A stretch of 64,000 nucleotides of DNA, taken from NCBI GenBank assembly GCA_964406815.1, contig CAYOTC010000002.1, forward strand, positions 7,906-71,905, given 5' to 3'. The notes under the pieces are model-generated. The model had not been told where the DNA came from and made no database searches. It was given only the letters and a program-made list of their open reading frames with translations. Both the position numbers and the translations under genes were made by a program. Source of the DNA: an uncultured Bdellovibrionales bacterium. Lineage in GTDB: Bacteria > Patescibacteriota > Minisyncoccia > Moranbacterales > UBA2206. Shown piece by piece: positions 59,765-64,000 of this stretch. Every line of letters begins with the position of its first letter. The stretch's first letter is position 1.

Positions 59765-62044
59765 CTATATCTTTCTAAGCGGTGCGATGGAAGCGGAAAG
59801 TTTTTTGAGGCCCACTTTTTTGAAAGCGACTGTTATCATATCGCCTTGCGAAGATACGACTGTTCCATCGCCGAAGACTTCGTGGGAAACTTTTTCTCCA
59901 CCCTTATACTTAGTATCTTGTATTTTGTATCTAGTATTTTGTATAAAATCTTTAGTATCTTTATAACTTTCCATTTCTGATTTTAGATTTACTTGGAAAT
60001 TTGAAATTTGACATTTGTCATTTTGCAGAAGGTGTTCCGGAATGTCATCCAAGAAACGTGACGGCGCATTTATTTGCGTGGAGCCGAAGATGGTCCGTTC
60101 CATTGTGAAAAGCAAATATACTTTTTCTTTTGCTCGGGTGATGCCAACATACATGAGTCTTCTCTCTTCTTCCATTTCTTCTTCACTTAACATACTCCTC
60201 GAATGCGGCAGAATTCCTTCTTCGAGTCCTACGATGAAAACAAAACGGAACTCCAATCCTTTGGCGCTATGCATCGTCATCAAATGCACGGCTTCTTTGG
60301 TCTGGTCGATATTGTCGGTGTCAGAAACCAAAGATACTTCTTCCAAAAATAAATTCAATCCTTCTTCGCTTTCCTCGTCATATTTTTTCGCGACCGAAAG
60401 AAGTTCTTGGACGTTTTCATATCTCATCTGTCCTTCCTCTGATCCGTCCAAGAGAGTTTTTTCATATCCGCTTTCGATGAAAACTTTCTGGATAAAATCA
60501 GTGAGAGATAATTTTTTTCTGGCCTCCGACATTCGTCCGATGAATTCGCAGAATTTGGAAATGGAATCTATTTTAGTATCTTGTATTTTGTATTTAGTAT
60601 CTGGTATGTTTGAAATTTTAAGTCCGCAGGAAATAAAATCCAGATTATTATTTTTAGCCAAAGTGATCCATTTGGAAAATGTGGCATCGCCGATTCCGCG
60701 TTTCGGTTCATTGATGATGCGCTCAAGTGAAACTTCATCGGAGAAATTATTGATGAGTCGAAGATAGGCAATCAGATCTTTTATTTCTTTCCTTTGATAG
60801 AATTTGAGTCCGCCGATAATCCGATAGGGCAGAGAATATTTAAGTAGCGCTTCTTCGATCACGCGGGATTGCGCGTTGGTCCGATATAGTATTACGAAAT
60901 CGGAAAGTCTACATTTGTCATTCCGGATTTGGTCCGGAATCTCTTTGGATCCTGAAACAAGTTCAGGATGACCTAGTCTTATTATTTCTTTCATTATATA
61001 TTCCGCTTCGTCTCTTTCATTGTCGGCTTCATAGGAAACCAAGAGATGGCCATCATTTTTTTCCGTCCAGACTTTTTTGTCTTTGCGGTTTACGTTTTTT
61101 GAAATGACGCCATAGGCCGCGTCCAGAATCGGCTGGGTCGAACGATAGTTCTGCTCCAGTTTGATGACGTGCGCCTCCGGATAATCTTTTTCGAAATTCA
61201 AAATGTTTCTGACATCGGCGCCGCGGAAAAGATAGATGCTTTGCCAATCGTCTCCGCAAACCCAGATGTTTTTGTGGGCGTCGCTGAGCATTTTGACGAG
61301 AATATACTGCGCGCGGTTGGTGTCTTGATATTCGTCCACCATAATATAGCGGAAAATATTTTGATATTTCTTGAGCACTTCGGGATAGGTTTCAAAAATT
61401 TTCACGGTGAGCATTATAATATCGTCGAAATCCAACGCGTTATTTTCTTTGAGCTTTTTTTGATAGGCGGTAAAAACTTTGGAAACCACTTCTTCCCAAT
61501 ATCCGCCGACCATCTCGCCAAATCTTTTGGCATCAATCAATTCATTCTTGGCTTTGGAAATCGCTCCCAGGATTCCTTTGGGATTGAACTGGGTGGTGTC
61601 GATTTCCAATTCCCGCATAGTTTTTTTTATGAGGGCCAGCTGGTCAAGAGAATCGAAAATATTGAAACTGCTTTTATAGCCGATCTTTTCAATCTCACTG
61701 CGAAGAATTTTTACACAAATGGCGTGGAAAGTGCCGATATGTGGCAGGTTGTACCTGTCATTCCGGACTTGGTCCGGAATCTCCTGAGATCCTGAAACAA
61801 GTTCAGGATGACAATTTAATAGTTCCGCCACTCGCTCTTTCATTTCACCGGCGGCTTTGTTGGTGAAAGTCACCGCCAGGATGTTTCCCGGACGGACATT
61901 CTTTTCACGGATAAGATACGCCACTCGATGGGTGAGCGCCCGGGTTTTTCCCGAACCGGCGCCGGCAATGACCAAAACCGGCCCTTCGGTCGTAATGACA
62001 GCTTCACGCTGAGGATCATTAAGTTTTTTCAAGATTTCATCCAT
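59765..62044 (-). CDS. pcrA: UvrD/PcrA DNA helicase with several in-frame repeat insertions
   Basis: AGAGSGKT, TFTNKAA, VDEYQDTN, LEQNYRST, LYRTNAQSR, MTMHSAKGLEF, EERRLMYVGITRA. Confidence 0.95.
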   Translation of the reverse strand: MDEILKKLNDPQREAVITTEGPVLVIAGAGSGKTRALTHRVAYLIREKNVRPGNILAVTFTNKAAGEMKERVAELLNCHPELVSGSQEIPDQVRNDRYNLPHIGTFHAICVKILRSEIEKIGYKSSFNIFDSLDQLALIKKTMRELEIDTTQFNPKGILGAISKAKNELIDAKRFGEMVGGYWEEVVSKVFTAYQKKLKENNALDFDDIIMLTVKIFETYPEVLKKYQNIFRYIMVDEYQDTNRAQYILVKMLSDAHKNIWVCGDDWQSIYLFRGADVRNILNFEKDYPEAHVIKLEQNYRSTQPILDAAYGVISKNVNRKDKKVWTEKNDGHLLVSYEADNERDEAEYIMKEIIRLGHPELVSGSKEIPDQIRNDKCRLSDFVILYRTNAQSRVIEEALLKYSLPYRIIGGLKFYQRKEIKDLIAYLRLINNFSDEVSLERIINEPKRGIGDATFSKWITLAKNNNLDFISCGLKISNIPDTKYKIQDTKIDSISKFCEFIGRMSEARKKLSLTDFIQKVFIESGYEKTLLDGSEEGQMRYENVQELLSVAKKYDEESEEGLNLFLEEVSLVSDTDNIDQTKEAVHLMTMHSAKGLEFRFVFIVGLEEGILPHSRSMLSEEEMEEERRLMYVGITRAKEKVYLLFTMERTIFGSTQINAPSRFLDDIPEHLLQNDKCQISNFQVNLKSEMESYKDTKDFIQNTRYKIQDTKYKGGEKVSHEVFGDGTVVSSQGDMITVAFKKVGLKKLSASIAPLRKI
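60916..60972. repeat. Double-hairpin palindromic element in pcrA (copy 2)
   Basis: tgtcattccgg..ccggaatc..gatcctgaaacaagttcaggatgac; encodes GHPELVSGSKEIPDQIRND. Confidence 0.9.
61756..61813. repeat. Double-hairpin palindromic element in pcrA (copy 1)
   Basis: Near-identical to 60916; encodes CHPELVSGSQEIPDQVRND. Confidence 0.9.
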
Positions 62045-62147
62045 AACTTAATCATTATAACATGACAGTAATTTTTCGTGATATGCCTAAGGTTGACTTT
62101 TTCTAGGGGGGGGTAAAATTGCTAATATAAACAATAATTTTAAAAAA

Positions 62148-62687
62148 ATGAACAAAGAAGCATATTTTCCAGATCCATTTGAGGCTAGAAAGGCTTGGGA
62201 TATGATGAGCGAAGAAGAAAAAGCTATGAGTAGAGAAAAAGGAAAAGAAAAAGTAGATAATAAATTAAGAGAAGCTATAATTAAAAATCCAGATTTGGTC
62301 CTTGATAATATGGGAGAAAGTAATTCGAACAAAAAACTTGATAAGTTTTATGCTCAACTAATGAAAGAATCAGGCATAGATGATTTCTATTTAACATCAT
62401 CTAATATGGCTTATATTAGAAAAAAAAGTAGAGGATTGAATGTTACTGAAATAAGATTTTGGGATTCTTTGCCCGAAATAGAAGGTGATGTGCATTTTTC
62501 TGATAGTGGTACCGGAAAAAAAATAGCCGATTGCTTAGGAAATATGGGTAATGTTCTAGAATTTTTTGAAAATGATGATGAGTACAACATTGAAACTGTG
62601 TATAAAAAAGAGTTTAGTGGTTGTTCAGAGGAAGAATGTAAGAGAGGAATTGTATATCATATAACAAAGAAAACTAAAGAGCAATAA
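62148..62687 (+). CDS. Hypothetical protein
   Basis: 179-aa ORF followed by a terminator-like hairpin. Confidence 0.6.
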   Translation: MNKEAYFPDPFEARKAWDMMSEEEKAMSREKGKEKVDNKLREAIIKNPDLVLDNMGESNSNKKLDKFYAQLMKESGIDDFYLTSSNMAYIRKKSRGLNVTEIRFWDSLPEIEGDVHFSDSGTGKKIADCLGNMGNVLEFFENDDEYNIETVYKKEFSGCSEEECKRGIVYHITKKTKEQ

Positions 62688-62873
62688 TTAAATTAAAATT
62701 AGTTTAAATTATGAAGCTCGCGCAGGAATGGCGGGCTTTTTTTATCCCAAGTTTGCTAAAAGTCCGATTATATTATATTCTATCTTTAGTATTAAATAAT
62801 TTAATTAGCGAATGCTGGTTGTTGAAAGGGGGCTTTAACGCTTAAACAACAACGAACGTTTGGCTGAAAAACT

Positions 62874-63143
62874 ATGGCGTTAAACGCAAAGCAAAAGGAA
62901 AAAGCAACTAAAGAAGTAAAAAGGCATGAAAAAGATAGTGGTTCTCCGGAATATCAGATCGCACTTTTTACCGAAAAGATAAAAAAGTTGACTTCTCATC
63001 TTAAGAAAAATCAGAAAGATTTCAATTCCAGACGTGGATTATTAAAAATGGTTTCCAAAAGAAAGAAACTTATGGATTATCTAAAAAAGACCAATGAAAA
63101 GGAATATAAATCTCTGATCAAAAAATTGAATCTTAAAGGTTAG
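62874..63143 (+). CDS. rpsO: 30S ribosomal protein S15
   Basis: [32 protein letters not shown]. Confidence 0.97.
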   Translation: MALNAKQKEKATKEVKRHEKDSGSPEYQIALFTEKIKKLTSHLKKNQKDFNSRRGLLKMVSKRKKLMDYLKKTNEKEYKSLIKKLNLKG

Positions 63144-63200
63144 CATACTAATGTCCCAGTCTTAAAGGCTGGGACAATTTAATTTATTATAATAAAAAGA

Positions 63201-63698
63201 ATGTCTATTTATAAAGAACAAAGAGTGGGTGTTTTGGTGGATATCCAGAATTTATATTATTCCGCCAAAGTCATTTTTAAGAAAAAAGCCAATTTTGGAC
63301 AAATTCTGAAAGACGGCATAGGAGATCGAAAACTCATTCGAGCGATTGCTTATGGGATTAAAACCCTGGAAGGTCAGGAGGATAAGTTTTTTGAAGCGCT
63401 GGAAAAGCAAGGATTTGAAGTAAAAACCAAGGATTTGCAGATTTTTCCCGGCGGAGCAAAAAAAGGCGACTGGGACGTAGGAATTACAGTGGATGCAATC
63501 AAGCTTTCCAAAAGCTTGGATGTTATTATTCTTGTTTCCGGCGATGGGGACTACATTCCTCTTGTTGAATATATTCAATCAACTACTGGTTGTCGTGTTG
63601 AAGGAATGGCTTTTTTGGAATCAACCAGCGGAAAGCTGGTTGAAAAACTGGATAAATTCACCAATTTGAGTGAAAATAAGAAGAGGTTTTTGATATAA
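63201..63698 (+). CDS. NYN domain (LabA/DUF88) protein
   Basis: VDIQNLY, KGDWDVGITVD, SGDGDYIPLV. Confidence 0.9.
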   Translation: MSIYKEQRVGVLVDIQNLYYSAKVIFKKKANFGQILKDGIGDRKLIRAIAYGIKTLEGQEDKFFEALEKQGFEVKTKDLQIFPGGAKKGDWDVGITVDAIKLSKSLDVIILVSGDGDYIPLVEYIQSTTGCRVEGMAFLESTSGKLVEKLDKFTNLSENKKRFLI

Positions 63699-63810
63699 AT
63701 TCTTTTTTGGGCTATAATTAGGGTACAATGAAATGGTAATAATATGTGCCATTTTTTGGGTACATTAAAAATAAAATAAACAGAAATAGAAAAACAAAAG
63801 AGGAGGGAAG

Positions 63811-63949
63811 AATGGAAACTTTTAGAAAAATTTTATGTAAATTGGCGATGGGAATATTTTTCATTCCGCTTATGGCGCTGATCGGGAGACGTGTCTTATT
63901 GTGGGACGAAAATAGCGAGCCGGATTTCGGTGATAAGGAGGTGATATAA
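63811..63949 (+). CDS. Small hypothetical protein
   Basis: SD gaggaggg before METFRK; one hydrophobic segment. Confidence 0.4.
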
Positions 63950-64000
63950 AATGGCAGGAATTTTTTGGAGAAACTTAAAGGTGGCATTTTTATTGTTAGC

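Noticed and set aside
60015-61795. Long antisense ORFs opposite pcrA, and similar ones opposite gyrA, rpsA, ftsH and virB4
   Set aside because: Shadow ORFs of conserved genes with no recognisable motifs.
1-64000. Alternative genetic code (UGA=Gly) as in some CPR lineages
   Set aside because: Conserved genes are full length in code 11, and TGA ends several ORFs.

Overview
Chromosomal window from a low-GC bacterium using genetic code 11. Gene content and style point to a Patescibacteria/CPR organism (inference). The left part (1.8-17.7 kb) is a long minus-strand envelope/T4SS-like cluster: VirB4-type ATPase, PrgI-like, VirB6/TrbL-like and TrbC/VirB2-like pilins, and surface proteins. Housekeeping genes include rsmA, comM/yifB, lspA, cca, mscL, tsaC, gyrA, rpsA, gmk, tilS, ftsH, a Xer recombinase, pcrA and rpsO, plus six intact tRNAs. 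The most striking non-annotated structure is at 28.0-29.3 kb, where three intact tRNA genes (Arg-CCT, Ala-CGC, Val-CAC) each sit in a short inverted-repeat cassette. Each cassette is inserted inside a broken tRNA gene of apparently the same anticodon ('tRNA-in-tRNA'). Next to this, an O-antigen ligase ORF carries six in-frame parS sites, one split by a 21-bp palindrome. The window also holds several families of small palindromic or heptamer repeats that invade genes in frame (notably pcrA), a three-copy structured intergenic element, and a ~465-nt promoter-to-terminator non-coding unit that looks like an unannotated structured RNA.
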